The notes under the pieces are model-generated. The model was not told the DNA's origin, made no database searches, and was given only the letters and a program-made list of their open reading frames with translations. Both the position numbers and the translations under genes were made by a program. Below are positions 41,434-52,358 of a DNA stretch of 64,000 nucleotides, in pieces (the first letter of the stretch is position 1; each line of letters begins with the position of its first letter). This DNA is from an uncultured Candidatus Rokubacteria bacterium (GTDB lineage: Bacteria; Methylomirabilota; Methylomirabilia; Rokubacteriales; CSP1-6): positions 32,001-96,000 of the forward strand of contig CAVYTA010000001.1 in NCBI GenBank assembly GCA_963771355.1, in the 5' to 3' direction.

Positions 41434-43017
41434 ATGGACGGCAAGGAGGCGGGGCGGCCCGGAGAGGGCCTCTACACGCCGGCGGACCTGGCGGGCCTCG
41501 GCTTCGATCCCGTGCGGGATCTCGGCCAGCCGGGCGAGTATCCGTTCACCCGCGGGATCTATCCCACGATGTACCGGGGCCGCCTCTGGACGATGCGGCA
41601 GTATGCGGGCTTCAGCACCGCGGAGGAGACGAATCGTCGGTTTCGCTACATGCTCGAGCGCGGCATGTCCGGCATCAACATCGCCTTCGACCTGCCCACC
41701 CAGCACGGGCTCGACTCCGACCACGTGCGTGCCCGCGGAGAGGTCGGCAAGGTGGGGGTGCCGATCAGCTCGCTCCGGGACATGGAGGTGCTCTTCGACG
41801 GCATCCCGCTCGAGCAGGCCAGCCCGGCGAACGCCATCAATGCCCCGGCGGCGGTGATCCTCGCCATGTACGTGGCCCTGGCGGAGAAGCAGGGTCTGCC
41901 CCTCGATCGCCTCGCCGGGAGCACGCAGAACGACATCCTCAAGGAGTTCATCGCGCGCGGCACCTACATTTTCCCCCCGGTCCCGTCGCTGCGGTTGGTC
42001 ACCGACATCATCGAGTTCTGCGCCGACCGGCTTCCGCGCTGGAACTTCATCAATGTCTGCGGGTACCACATGCGGGAGGCCGGCTCGACCCTGGTCCAGG
42101 AGGTGGGCTTCGGGCTGGCGGACGCCATCACCTATGTGCAGGCGGCCATCGAGCGCGGCGTACCGGTGGACCGGTTCGCGCCACGCTTCGCCTTCAACTT
42201 CACCGCGGGGACGGACCTCTTGCGCGAGGCGGCGAAGTTCCGGGCCATGCGGCGGCTGTGGGCCCGCCTGATGCGCGAGCGCTTCGGTGCCACGAAGCCG
42301 GCGAGCTGGGCGTTCCGGACCGGCGCCGGCTCGGGCGCGAGCCAGCTGACGGCGCAGCAGCCGACCAACAACATCATCCGCGTCACTCTCAACGCCCTGG
42401 CCTCCATCCTCGGGGGCGCCCAGTCGCTGCACACCGCCGCCTACGACGAGGCGCTGGCTCTGCCCACGGAAGCCTCCGTGCAGCTCGCGCTCCGGACCCA
42501 GCAAGTGCTGGCGCACGAGTCGGGGCTGGCCGAGGTGGTCGATCCGCTGGCGGGGTCTTACTACGTGGAGACGCTCACCGCCGAGATCGAGTCGGGCGCG
42601 CGCGCCCTCATCGCCGAGATCGAGGGACGGGGCGGGATGGTGAAGGTGATCGAGTCCGGCTGGGCGCAGCAGCAGATCGCCGACGCTTCCTGGGAGCACC
42701 AGCGCGAGATCGAGACGGGCGAGCGGGTCGTGGTCGGCGTCAACCGGTACGTGGAGGACGAGCCGGCGCGGGTAGCCATCCACCAGCACGTGGAGGCGGT
42801 GGCCGCGGACCGCCGGACGGCGCTGGTCTCCCTGCGGGCCGAGCGCGACGCGCCGGCGGTGGCGCGGGCGCTCGAGACGCTGCGCGCCGCCGCGCACGGC
42901 GGGGTCAATCTGGTCCCCGTGCTCGTGGAGGCGGTCAAGGCGTACGCGACCGTGGGCGAGATCTGCGACGTCCTCCGCGAGGCGTTCGGCGAGTACCGGG
43001 CCGTCCAGGCCTACTAG
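41434..43017 (+). CDS. B12-dependent acyl-CoA mutase large (substrate-binding) subunit
   Basis: PFTRGIYPTMY..WTMRQYAGF, AFDLPT, QNDILKE, GYHMREAG, DPLAGSYYVE. No DxHxxG B12 domain. Confidence 0.9.
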   Translation: MDGKEAGRPGEGLYTPADLAGLGFDPVRDLGQPGEYPFTRGIYPTMYRGRLWTMRQYAGFSTAEETNRRFRYMLERGMSGINIAFDLPTQHGLDSDHVRARGEVGKVGVPISSLRDMEVLFDGIPLEQASPANAINAPAAVILAMYVALAEKQGLPLDRLAGSTQNDILKEFIARGTYIFPPVPSLRLVTDIIEFCADRLPRWNFINVCGYHMREAGSTLVQEVGFGLADAITYVQAAIERGVPVDRFAPRFAFNFTAGTDLLREAAKFRAMRRLWARLMRERFGATKPASWAFRTGAGSGASQLTAQQPTNNIIRVTLNALASILGGAQSLHTAAYDEALALPTEASVQLALRTQQVLAHESGLAEVVDPLAGSYYVETLTAEIESGARALIAEIEGRGGMVKVIESGWAQQQIADASWEHQREIETGERVVVGVNRYVEDEPARVAIHQHVEAVAADRRTALVSLRAERDAPAVARALETLRAAAHGGVNLVPVLVEAVKAYATVGEICDVLREAFGEYRAVQAY

Positions 43018-43158
43018 CCCGCGTCTGTCTCGGACCAGGGGTTGTCGTCGGGCCCGTCTCCCGCTAAACTCAGGCGTGAACGCGTATTTCTTTAGTCGTA
43101 CAGATAGGTATCGGAATATTCGAGAGCCCCTCCCAGAGCCCCGAGGACCCGTCCGGCC

Positions 43159-45387
43159 ATGAGAATCACTTACCGGCTTGTCACTGCCATCTGTCTCGCC
43201 GTGCTCGTGGTCGTCGGGGGCTTCGCCTTCCTCCAGATCCGCGAGGAACGGACCCGCCTCGTGCGGGACCTCGAGCGACGGGCGGCCCTCCTGGCCGAGG
43301 GGCTGAAGGAGGCGGTGGGTCCGGTCATGGGCACCGGCTCCACGGCCCCCATCGAGCGGATCCTCAAGCGGTTCGGGCGCCCGAATCAGGTGGTGGTGGT
43401 CTACGACCGCTTCGCGAGCCCGATCGCGGTCATCCCGGACTCGGCGCGGGCTCAGATCCCCTCCATGCCGGAGATCACCGAGGCCCTCTCCACCGACTCG
43501 GCCCGACAGGGCTTCCGGCAGATCGACGAGCGCCGTGTCTACGTGTATGCGACGCCGCTGTCCCGGAACGATCGGCCGGTCGGGGCGCTGGCGGTGTTCC
43601 TGGACGCCTCGCATCTCGCCGCCGCGGAGCGGTCGCTATGGCAGCACAACGCCATCCGCTTCCTCGTCCTCGCCCTGGTGCTGTCCGGGATCACGGTCCT
43701 CCTCGTGCAGATCTCGGTCGCGCGGCCGATGGCCCGGATGGCGGAATGGACCAAATCGCTCAAGAGCGGCCGTCCCGGGCCCCCGCCGGACGCCGCCGAC
43801 GCGAGCCTGTTCGGCCCCCTGGCGTTCGAGGTGACTGGCCTCGCCCGGCGTCTCTATCGGGCGGAGCAGGCCGCCGAGCAGGAAGCCGCCCTCCGCCTCC
43901 GCGGGGAGTCGGTGTGGACGGAGGAGCGCCTGAAGCAGTTCGTGAACCTCCAGGTGGGTGGGCCGTTCTTCGTGGTCTCGAACCGGGAGCCCGTGTCCCA
44001 CGTGTTGAAGGACGGCAAGATCGTCACCCAGACTCCGGCGAGCGGGCTGGTGACGGCCATGGAGCCCGTGCTCCGAGCGTGCGGCGGGGTCTGGGTGGCC
44101 CACGGCAACGGGGACGCCGACCGCGAGATGTCCGACGAACGCGGCCGCCTCGGTGTCCCCGTGGACGATCCGCGCTACACCCTGCGGCGCGTGTGGCTCA
44201 CGTCGGCGGAGGAGTTTGGCTACTACTACAGCTTCTCGAACGAGGGCCTCTGGCCGCTGTGCCACATCGTCCACACCCGCCCGCAGTTCCGCCCCGAGGA
44301 CTGGGAGCAGTACAAGGCGGTGAACCGGAAGTTCGCCCTGGCCCTCATCGACGAGATGGACGGCGTGGAGGCTCCGCTGGTCCTGATCCAGGACTACCAC
44401 TTCGCCTTGCTGCCTCTCTACGTGAAGGAGGCCCGACCGGATGCCCGGGTGGCGATCTTCTGGCACATCCCGTGGCCCAACTTCGAGGCCTTCGGCATCT
44501 GCCCGTGGCAGACCGAGATCCTGCAGGGCATGCTCGGCGCCGACCTGATCGGCTTCCACACCCAGTATCACTGCAACAACTTCCTGGAGACGGTGGAGCG
44601 CGCCATCGAGGCCCGGGTGGACTGGGAGCACTTCTCGGTGACCCGCGGCCAGCGGGTCACCCGGGTGAAGCCGTTTCCGATCAGCGTCGCGCCCGAGCCC
44701 CTCGACGCGGTGACCAGCACCCGGGCCGAGGTCCTGGCCGGTCTCGGGCTGTCGTCGATCGAGTTCATGGGAGTGGGCGTGGAGCGCGTGGACTACACCA
44801 AGGGACTGGTCGAGCGCTATCGCGCCCTCGAGCGCTTTTTCGTGCTCTACCCGGAGTACAAGGAGCGGGTGACCTTCGTCCAGGTGGCCTCGCCCAGCCG
44901 GAGCCTCATCAAGCGCTACCAGGACTTCCAGCGCGAGGTCGAGCAGACGGTCTCGGAGGTCAATAGCCGGCTCGCGACCAAGGGCTGGCGCCCTATCATC
45001 TATCTGGACCGGCACCACGATCACCGGGAGATCGTTCCCCTCTACCGGCACGCCGACTTCTGCATGGTGACCTCGCTCCACGACGGCATGAATCTCGTCG
45101 CCAAGGAATTCGTGGCCGCCCGCGAGGACGAGCACGGCGTCCTCGTGCTGAGCCGGTTCACCGGAGCGGCCCGCGAGCTCACCGATGCGATCGTGGTCAA
45201 CCCCTACGACCTCGACGAGCTCGCCGAGGCTATCCGGACCGCGGTGACCATGCCGGCCGAGGAGCAGCGGACCCGGATGCTTCGCATGCGACAGTCGGTC
45301 CGCGAGCACAACATCTACCGGTGGGCCGGGCTCCTGCTCCGAGACCTGTCGCGGATTCCCGAGGAGGCGCTCGGGAAGCTTCCTTGA
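43159..45387 (+). CDS. otsA: Trehalose-6-phosphate synthase (GT20) with N-terminal TM-periplasmic-TM-HAMP-like region
   Basis: [48 protein letters not shown]. First ~250 aa carry two TM segments. Confidence 0.9.
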   Translation: MRITYRLVTAICLAVLVVVGGFAFLQIREERTRLVRDLERRAALLAEGLKEAVGPVMGTGSTAPIERILKRFGRPNQVVVVYDRFASPIAVIPDSARAQIPSMPEITEALSTDSARQGFRQIDERRVYVYATPLSRNDRPVGALAVFLDASHLAAAERSLWQHNAIRFLVLALVLSGITVLLVQISVARPMARMAEWTKSLKSGRPGPPPDAADASLFGPLAFEVTGLARRLYRAEQAAEQEAALRLRGESVWTEERLKQFVNLQVGGPFFVVSNREPVSHVLKDGKIVTQTPASGLVTAMEPVLRACGGVWVAHGNGDADREMSDERGRLGVPVDDPRYTLRRVWLTSAEEFGYYYSFSNEGLWPLCHIVHTRPQFRPEDWEQYKAVNRKFALALIDEMDGVEAPLVLIQDYHFALLPLYVKEARPDARVAIFWHIPWPNFEAFGICPWQTEILQGMLGADLIGFHTQYHCNNFLETVERAIEARVDWEHFSVTRGQRVTRVKPFPISVAPEPLDAVTSTRAEVLAGLGLSSIEFMGVGVERVDYTKGLVERYRALERFFVLYPEYKERVTFVQVASPSRSLIKRYQDFQREVEQTVSEVNSRLATKGWRPIIYLDRHHDHREIVPLYRHADFCMVTSLHDGMNLVAKEFVAAREDEHGVLVLSRFTGAARELTDAIVVNPYDLDELAEAIRTAVTMPAEEQRTRMLRMRQSVREHNIYRWAGLLLRDLSRIPEEALGKLP

Positions 45388-45400
45388 GCGCGCCGCGCCC

Positions 45401-46252
45401 TCACGCCGCCGCGATCGTCTCGATGAGACGCACGTCTTCGGGGGAGAGCTCGAAGTCATAGGCTCCGAGATCCTCCCGCATGTGGGCGGGGTCCGTGGTG
45501 CCGGTCAGCGGCTGCATGCCGACCTGGAGCGCGAAGCGGAAGACCACCTGCGCCGGCGTCCGCCCCACGCGTCTGACAATCTCGGCGAACGCGGGCGTGC
45601 GCAGATGTCCGATGTTCGCGGTCAGCAGCGAGAAGCCCTGGTAGACGATGCCGCGCTCGCGGCAGAAGGCGCGGATCTCGCCGTCCCAGCCGTTCTGGGC
45701 AAAGCAGCGGTTCTGGACGAAGGCCGGCGGCGTCGCCGCGCGCGCGCAGAGGAGCTCGAGCTGGTCGAGGCCCACATTGCTCACGCCGATGAAGCGCGTC
45801 TTGCCCGCCGCGTGCAGCTCCTCCATGGCGGTCCAGACCGCGAGGTCGGAGGCGGCGAGCCCGACCCGGCGTGAGGGCCCGTGCAGCACGTAGGAGTCGA
45901 GGCGCTCCACGTGCAGGTGCTCCAGCGAGCTGGCGAAGGACTGGCGCACCTGGGTCGCCTCGTCCGCGTCGGGGTCATAGGGCAGGCGGTGGTCCTGACC
46001 TCCCACCGAGGTGAACTTGGTCTGGAGGAAGAGCTCGTCGCGCTTCACGAGGCCCTCGGCAATGGCGGCCCGGACGGCGGCGCCCACGCCCGCCTCGTGA
46101 TAGTGCCGGCGCTGATTGGCGGTGTCGATGCCGCGGAATCCCGCCTCGATCGCCAGGCGCGTCAGCCGCTCCGTCTCCAGCTCCTTCCAGGCGGTGCCGT
46201 AGAGGAAGCTGGGTACCGGCGTGCCCGCGACCGTGAGCTGGCGAGTCGTCAC
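45401..46252 (-). CDS. Aldo/keto reductase
   Basis: GFRGIDTA..Y, LFLQTK, LDSYVLH, IGVSN. GTG start. Confidence 0.9.
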   Translation of the reverse strand: MTTRQLTVAGTPVPSFLYGTAWKELETERLTRLAIEAGFRGIDTANQRRHYHEAGVGAAVRAAIAEGLVKRDELFLQTKFTSVGGQDHRLPYDPDADEATQVRQSFASSLEHLHVERLDSYVLHGPSRRVGLAASDLAVWTAMEELHAAGKTRFIGVSNVGLDQLELLCARAATPPAFVQNRCFAQNGWDGEIRAFCRERGIVYQGFSLLTANIGHLRTPAFAEIVRRVGRTPAQVVFRFALQVGMQPLTGTTDPAHMREDLGAYDFELSPEDVRLIETIAAA

Positions 46253-46258
46253 CGACGG

Positions 46259-46288
46259 ATCATAGGGGACGCGTCGCGGGCTGTGCAA
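46259..46288 (-). promoter_or_regulatory. sigma70 promoter, probably leaderless
   Basis: TTGCAC-N18-TATGAT-N6-GTG. Confidence 0.6.
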
Positions 46289-46320
46289 GCGCCGCCCGGA
46301 GTGTGGTCAAATCGGAGCCC

Positions 46321-47847
46321 ATGCATCTCGGCGCCCTCCTTTCCCGCCACGCGCGGTATCGGCCGCAGCACCTCGCCCTCGTCTTCGAGCGCCACCGGCT
46401 CACCTTCGAGGCCCTGAACCGCCGGGTGAACCGGCTGGCCAATGCGCTGCTGGCGGCCGGTCTCTTCAAGGGGGACAAGGTCGCCACGGTGCTGCCGAAT
46501 TGCCTGGAGCAGATCGAGGTCTACTGCGCCGTCGCCAAGTGCGGCCTCGTCGCGGTGCCGTTGAGCCCGCTGCTCCAGGAGGCCGGGCTCGTGACCCTGC
46601 TCGGCAACTCGGACGCGAAGCTGGTCATCTCCACGGCGGTGTTCACGGCCACGCTCGATCGCGCGCGGGCCCAGGTGCCGGGCGTCCGGGCCGACCGCTG
46701 GCTGCTCATCGAAGGCGCCCGGCCGGGCTATCGTGGCCTCGACGAGCTGGTCGGCGCCGCGTCGGAGGCGGAGCCCCCGGACGCCGGCCTCACCGGCGCC
46801 GATCCGTACAACATCATCTATTCCAGCGGCACCACCGGCGAGCCCAAGGGCATCGTGCACACGCACGAGATTCGCGCCGGCTACTGCACGCTGTTCGCCT
46901 CGGTGTTCCGGATGTCGCCGGAGAGCGTCTTCCTCCACGCGGGGTCCATGGTCTTCAACGGCGCCTTCCTGGATCTCATGCCCTGGATGTTCCTCGGCGG
47001 GACCTATCTCCTGCATCCGGCCTTCGACGCCGGCCGCATGCTCGCCGAGATCGAGCGCTCCCGGGTCACCCACCTGGTCCTGGTGCCGTCGCAGATCATC
47101 GCGCTCCTGAATCATCCGCAGTTCGATCCGGCGCGGCTTGGCTCCATCGAGATGATCCAGTCGGTCGGCGCGCCGTTGCACCTCGAGTACAAGCATCGGC
47201 TCAACGCCGCCCTCCCCGGCCGCTTCTACGAGCTCTACGGGCTCACCGAGGGGTTCATGACGGTCCTGGACCGGACGGACGCGGTGCGCAAGGCGGGTTC
47301 CGTGGGCGTGCCCATCGGCTTCTACGAGATGCGCATCATGGACGAGGCCGGGCGCGAGGTGCCCACCGGCGAGATCGGTGAGATCTGCGGCCGCGGCCCG
47401 CTCATGATGGAGGGGTACTACAAGCGCCCCGATCTGACCGCCAAGGCCATCGTGGACGGGTGGCTCCACTCGGGCGATCTCGGCTATGTGGACGAGGAAG
47501 GCTATCTCTATCTCGTGGACCGGAAGAAGGACATGATCATCTCGGGCGGGGTGAACGTCTATCCCCGCGACATCGAGGAAGTGGCCATCCAGCACGAGGC
47601 GGTGGTCGAGGTGGCGGTGTTCGGCGTCGCGGATCCGCGCTGGGGGGAGACGCCGGTGGCGGCGGTGGTGCTGCACGCCGGCCGCCCCATCGAATCCGCC
47701 GAGCTGGCGGAGTGGATCAACGCGCGCGTGAGCGCCAAGTTCCAGCGGGTGTCCGACGTGATGATCGTCGCGGAGTTCCCGCGCAATGTCGCGGGCAAGA
47801 CACTCAAGCGCGTGCTGCAGGAACAGTACCGGAGAGCGTGCCCTTGA
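46321..47847 (+). CDS. AMP-binding acyl-CoA ligase
   Basis: YSSGTTGEPKG, YGLTE, SGDLG, DMIISGGVNVYP, PRNVAGK. Confidence 0.93.
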   Translation: MHLGALLSRHARYRPQHLALVFERHRLTFEALNRRVNRLANALLAAGLFKGDKVATVLPNCLEQIEVYCAVAKCGLVAVPLSPLLQEAGLVTLLGNSDAKLVISTAVFTATLDRARAQVPGVRADRWLLIEGARPGYRGLDELVGAASEAEPPDAGLTGADPYNIIYSSGTTGEPKGIVHTHEIRAGYCTLFASVFRMSPESVFLHAGSMVFNGAFLDLMPWMFLGGTYLLHPAFDAGRMLAEIERSRVTHLVLVPSQIIALLNHPQFDPARLGSIEMIQSVGAPLHLEYKHRLNAALPGRFYELYGLTEGFMTVLDRTDAVRKAGSVGVPIGFYEMRIMDEAGREVPTGEIGEICGRGPLMMEGYYKRPDLTAKAIVDGWLHSGDLGYVDEEGYLYLVDRKKDMIISGGVNVYPRDIEEVAIQHEAVVEVAVFGVADPRWGETPVAAVVLHAGRPIESAELAEWINARVSAKFQRVSDVMIVAEFPRNVAGKTLKRVLQEQYRRACP

Positions 47848-47902
47848 CATGCGGCGGAGGGGGCGCTATTGCTACCGCTACTCAACGCCAAGGAGGCAAT
47901 CC

Positions 47903-48097
47903 ATGTACTCGTACGTGAAGCAGGTCGGAATCCCTACCGTGCTGGCGCAGGAAGCACCCGCCTTCGCCGCTTCCTTCGTGATCGCGGAGGTGTTCTACAA
48001 GTTCCACAGCTTCACGCTGGAATGCGCCGCCTTCCTGGTCACCTGGTACGGACTCAGCTGGGTGCAGTCCTTGATCGTCGGATCGCGTGCCAAGTAG
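47903..48097 (+). CDS. Small 64-aa membrane protein
   Basis: AAGGAGG RBS. IAEVFYKFHSFTLECAAFLVTW with two hydrophobic segments. Confidence 0.72.
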   Translation: MYSYVKQVGIPTVLAQEAPAFAASFVIAEVFYKFHSFTLECAAFLVTWYGLSWVQSLIVGSRAK

Positions 48098-48115
48098 CGC
48101 CCGGCCCACGCCCCC

Positions 48116-51100
48116 GTGACCCTCGATCCTCGCGCGCTCAACTCGCTCCGCTGGCGCTCTGTCGGCCCGCACCGCGGCGGCCGCGTGGTGGCGGTGGCCG
48201 GCCATCCCACCGAGCCCTCGACCTTCTACTTCGGGGCCTGCGCCGGCGGGGTGTGGAAGACCACCGACGGCGGCACCTACTGGGAGAACGTCTCCGACGG
48301 CTTCTTCGAGACGGCCGCGGTGGGGGCCATCGCGGTGGCGCCGTCGGCGCCCAGTGTGGTCTACGCGGGCACCGGGGAGGCATGCATCCGCGGCAACGTC
48401 TCCCACGGCGACGGCGTCTACCGCTCCGACGACGGCGGCCGCACGTGGAGAAACGTGGGATTGAAGGACAGCCGGCACATCGGCCGCGTGCGCGTGCACC
48501 CGCGCGATCCCGACACCGTGTACGTGGCAGCGCTGGGGCGTGCCTGGGGGCCGAACCGCGAGCGCGGCGTGTTCCGCTCGCGCGACGGGGGCGCCACCTG
48601 GCAGCACGTCCTCGCCAAGAGCGAGCGGGCGGGGGCGGTGGATCTCTCGCTGGATCCGGCGAATCCGCGCAGCCTCTTCGCGGCGGTGTGGCAGGCCCAG
48701 CGGTTTCCTTCGCGCATGTCGAGCGGCGGCCCCGAGTCCGGCCTCTGGCAGTCCACCGACGGCGGCGACACGTGGACCGATATCAGCCGGAACCCGGGGC
48801 TGCCGCGCGGCGTGCTCGGGCGCATCGGCGTGGCTGTCTCGCCCGCCGACGGCCGGCGCGTCTACGCGGTGGTGGAAGCCGAGGACGGCGCGCTGTTCCG
48901 ATCGGACGACGCCGGGGCCACCTGGCAGCGCGGCAGCGAGGAGGCGGGACTGCGCGGCCGGCCCTGGTACTACATGCACGTGGTGGCCGATCCCACCGAC
49001 GTGGACACCGTCTGGATCATGGACTACTCGCTGTGGAAGTCCATCGACGGCGGCAAGACCTTCGTCGAGTGGGCGACGCCGCACGGCGACAACCACGACC
49101 TCTGGATCGATCCCACCGACGCGCGCCGGATGATCGAGGGCAATGACGGCGGCGCCTGCGTCTCCTTCAACGGCGGACTGTCCTGGTCGACCATCTACAA
49201 TCAGCCCACCGCGCAGTTCTACCACGTGTGCGCGGACGATCAGCAGCCGTACCGGATCTACGGCTCCCAGCAGGACAACTGGGCGATCAGCCTGCCCAGC
49301 CAGTCCCATCGCGGCGCCATCACCCCCATCGACTGGGTGCAGCCGGGCGGCGGGGAGAGCGGCTACATCGCGGTGAAGCCCGGGGATCCCAGCATCGTGG
49401 TGGGGGGCGCGGTGGGCAGCGGGCCCGGCATGGGCCGGCTCATCCACTACGACCATCGCACCGGGCAGGAGCGCATCATCAGCGTGTGGCCCGAGGGCTA
49501 TGGCATGGGCACGCCGCCCTCCGAGCACCGCTACCGGTTCCAGTGGACGTTCCCGGTGTTCTACTCGCGCTGGGAGCCGCGCGAGCTGTGGATCGCGGGC
49601 AACCGCATCTTCCGCTCCGTGGACGACGGACAGCACTGGGAGATCGCCAGTGACGATCTCACCCGCAACGACGTGACGAAGATGGGGCCGTCGGGCGGGC
49701 CCATCACCAACGACAATACCGGCGCCGAGGTCTACGGCACCATCTTCGCGCTGGTGGAGTCGCCGCACGAGCGCGACGTGCTGTGGGCGGGCACCGACGA
49801 CGGGCTGGTCCACCTCTCCCGCGATCGCGGGCGGAGCTGGCAGCCGGTGACGCCGCCGGAGCTGCCCGAGTGGGCGCTGATCAGCGTGCTGGAGCCCTCG
49901 CCGCACGACGCGGCTACCTGCTACCTGGCGGCCACGCGCTACAAGCACGACGACACGCGCCCCTATCTCTTCCGGACCACGAACTACGGGGGCACCTGGA
50001 CCCGGATCAGCGACGGCCTGCCGGCGGGCGAGTTCACGCGGGTGATCCGCGAGGATCCGGCCCGGCGTGGGCTCTTGTACTGCGGCACCGAGACCGGGGT
50101 GTGGGTGTCGCTCGACGACGGCGGGTCCTGGACGCGGCTGCGCGGCAATCTGCCGGTGGCGCCCATCCACGACCTCGTCGTCAAGAACGGCGACCTCGTC
50201 GCGGCCACCCACGGACGCTCCTTCTGGATCCTCGACGACCTCTCCCCCCTGCATCAGATGGCGGATGCGATCACCACCGCCGACGCCCAGCTCCTGGTGC
50301 CACGCCGGACGGTCCGGTGGCGGGCGTACAAGGGACACGGGATGAAGCCGGGACCCAACCGCGAGGTCGCTTACAACATGGCCGGGTCCCTCGGGTATGC
50401 CTATCGGCAGGTGGAATCACCATCGGGCGAGAAGGAAGCACGGCTCCTCGACGCGGGCGAGAATCCGCCCGGCGGCGTGATCGTGCATTACTGGCTGCGC
50501 GAGGCGCCGGCCGGTGAGGTGGTGATCACCTTCCTCGACGGCGACGGGCGCGAGATCCGCTCGTTCACGAGCCGGAAGGACAAGGTGACGCCGGAGAGCC
50601 CGGGGGCGGCGGCCGGCGGCGGGGAAGAGCCGCAGCCCGCGCTGGACCCGCCGGCGCCGGAAAAGGGCGACGAGCCGCATCCGACCCGGAGCGCGGGCGC
50701 CAATCGCTTCGTCTGGAACCTGCGGGGACCCGACGCGACCAAGCTCCCCGATAACAAGGGCCGGGGCGGCACCATGGACATGCTGGCGGGACCACGCGTC
50801 CCGCCGGGGACCTATCAGGTGCGGCTGTCCGTCAGCGGCCGCACGATCATGCAGCGCTTCGAGCTCGTGAAGGATCCGCGGGTGCCCGCCTCGGACGCGG
50901 ATCTCCGCGAGCAGTACACGTTGGCGAAGAAGGCCCATGACCTCCTCTCGCGCGTGCACGACGAGGTGCTGCGGATTCGCGACGTCCGCGCCCAGGCGGA
51001 AGGTTGGGCGGGGCGCGTGGACAACCCCGCCATCAAGGGGGCCGCCGCGACGCTCGCGCGCACGCTGACCACCATCGAGGAGGCGCTGATCCAGGTGCGC

Positions 51101-51349
51101 TCCGAGGACCCGCGCATGCATCCCGCCAAGCTCAATACCCGGATCGGCACCATGGTCACGCTCATCGAGTACTCCGACGCCGCCCCTACCCAGGCCCTCC
51201 GCGAGCTGACCGACGATCTTGCCCGCCGGGCCGAGGCGGAGCTGGCCCGGCTGGACCGGACTCTCGCGGACGACGTCGCCCGGTTCAACGCGCTCTGCCG
51301 GGACCATGGCGTCGCCGCCATCGTCCCGAAGCCGCGCGAGGGGGGCTGA
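48116..51349 (+). CDS. VPS10/BNR (Asp-box) beta-propeller, glycosyl hydrolase-like
   Basis: WRSVGP.RGGRV and many SxDGGxTW Asp-boxes. No signal peptide. Confidence 0.9.
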   Translation: MTLDPRALNSLRWRSVGPHRGGRVVAVAGHPTEPSTFYFGACAGGVWKTTDGGTYWENVSDGFFETAAVGAIAVAPSAPSVVYAGTGEACIRGNVSHGDGVYRSDDGGRTWRNVGLKDSRHIGRVRVHPRDPDTVYVAALGRAWGPNRERGVFRSRDGGATWQHVLAKSERAGAVDLSLDPANPRSLFAAVWQAQRFPSRMSSGGPESGLWQSTDGGDTWTDISRNPGLPRGVLGRIGVAVSPADGRRVYAVVEAEDGALFRSDDAGATWQRGSEEAGLRGRPWYYMHVVADPTDVDTVWIMDYSLWKSIDGGKTFVEWATPHGDNHDLWIDPTDARRMIEGNDGGACVSFNGGLSWSTIYNQPTAQFYHVCADDQQPYRIYGSQQDNWAISLPSQSHRGAITPIDWVQPGGGESGYIAVKPGDPSIVVGGAVGSGPGMGRLIHYDHRTGQERIISVWPEGYGMGTPPSEHRYRFQWTFPVFYSRWEPRELWIAGNRIFRSVDDGQHWEIASDDLTRNDVTKMGPSGGPITNDNTGAEVYGTIFALVESPHERDVLWAGTDDGLVHLSRDRGRSWQPVTPPELPEWALISVLEPSPHDAATCYLAATRYKHDDTRPYLFRTTNYGGTWTRISDGLPAGEFTRVIREDPARRGLLYCGTETGVWVSLDDGGSWTRLRGNLPVAPIHDLVVKNGDLVAATHGRSFWILDDLSPLHQMADAITTADAQLLVPRRTVRWRAYKGHGMKPGPNREVAYNMAGSLGYAYRQVESPSGEKEARLLDAGENPPGGVIVHYWLREAPAGEVVITFLDGDGREIRSFTSRKDKVTPESPGAAAGGGEEPQPALDPPAPEKGDEPHPTRSAGANRFVWNLRGPDATKLPDNKGRGGTMDMLAGPRVPPGTYQVRLSVSGRTIMQRFELVKDPRVPASDADLREQYTLAKKAHDLLSRVHDEVLRIRDVRAQAEGWAGRVDNPAIKGAAATLARTLTTIEEALIQVRSEDPRMHPAKLNTRIGTMVTLIEYSDAAPTQALRELTDDLARRAEAELARLDRTLADDVARFNALCRDHGVAAIVPKPREGG

Positions 51350-51354
51350 AGCCG

Positions 51355-52353
51355 ATGGCGAAGCGCAACGCTCCCGTCGCCGGCCCGGAGGACGAGATCC
51401 GCATCGAGAACCGCGCTACCTACTGGCCGGTGGCGCCGGTGGACCTCCTGGTGGCGGCGCCGCTGGTGGCCAAGCTGCTCTTCCGTGCGTCGCCAATCGG
51501 GCGGATCGTGCAGGCGGTGACCCTCGGCGCCTACCTGGGGAGCGTCGCTCGTGACTGGCGCGACCGGCGCAAGGTTCTCCGTATCGCCTTCCTCCGGGAG
51601 TTCGGCGCCGACCTGCGCCACCTCGTGCCCATGCCGCGAGAGGTTCGTGAGCGCGAAGTGGCGGTGCTGGCGGCCCGCCTCAACGAGGAGCTGGTCCTCG
51701 AGCGCATCCCGAGGCGCGAGGCGGCGGTCGCCATCGAGCGGCATCTGACGGACTACATCGCCGGCATCACCGGGCAGCGTGTGCGGACCAGCGCGGAAGT
51801 CCGCGGCTTCGCCCTGGTGGGCCTCGCGCTGCCGTTCGCGCTGGGCGCCTGCGATGTCCTGTCCGGCGACGTGGCCATCTTCCGGGACACCGGCCTCTTC
51901 GAGCCGCACATCATCGCGCACGAGTTCAGCCACCGGAGGGGCTACTGGAACGAGCTGGACGCGCAGGTGCTCGCCTATCAAGCGCTGGTCGCGTCCGGCG
52001 AGCCCGCCTTCGCCCAGTCCGCGCTCTTCGAGCGGTTCTATCGCAACCTGCGCGTGCTCGCGGGCGGGGACGAGGCGGAATTCCAGCGCCTCGTGGCCGG
52101 GACCGTGCTCCGGCCCGAGCTCCGCGACGCGATCGGCTCGTTACGGCCGCCGTCCGGCCGGATCGCGGGACGGGTCGATGCCGGGATGCGGCGGGTCTAC
52201 GACGCGCGCATGCGGGTGATGGGCCAGAACGGCATCTCCGACTACGACGCGGGCTTCACGAACTTCCTCTACACGTTCGAGACGAGCGCCACCGCCCGGC
52301 AAGTGCCGCCGCCGGCGGGCGCGCTCCATCGCCGCCCGCCCGCGGCGCCCTGA
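51355..52353 (+). CDS. DUF3810-like HExxH zinc metalloprotease
   Basis: IIAHEFSHRRGYWNELDAQVLAY (HExxH followed by a downstream Glu). Confidence 0.68.
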   Translation: MAKRNAPVAGPEDEIRIENRATYWPVAPVDLLVAAPLVAKLLFRASPIGRIVQAVTLGAYLGSVARDWRDRRKVLRIAFLREFGADLRHLVPMPREVREREVAVLAARLNEELVLERIPRREAAVAIERHLTDYIAGITGQRVRTSAEVRGFALVGLALPFALGACDVLSGDVAIFRDTGLFEPHIIAHEFSHRRGYWNELDAQVLAYQALVASGEPAFAQSALFERFYRNLRVLAGGDEAEFQRLVAGTVLRPELRDAIGSLRPPSGRIAGRVDAGMRRVYDARMRVMGQNGISDYDAGFTNFLYTFETSATARQVPPPAGALHRRPPAAP

Positions 52354-52358
52354 CCGGC

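Noticed and set aside
47844..47873. TTGACA overlapping the ligase stop as promoter for the 64-aa gene
   Set aside because: The hexamer at 17-bp spacing is TATTGC, lacking the conserved final T. Too weak to call.
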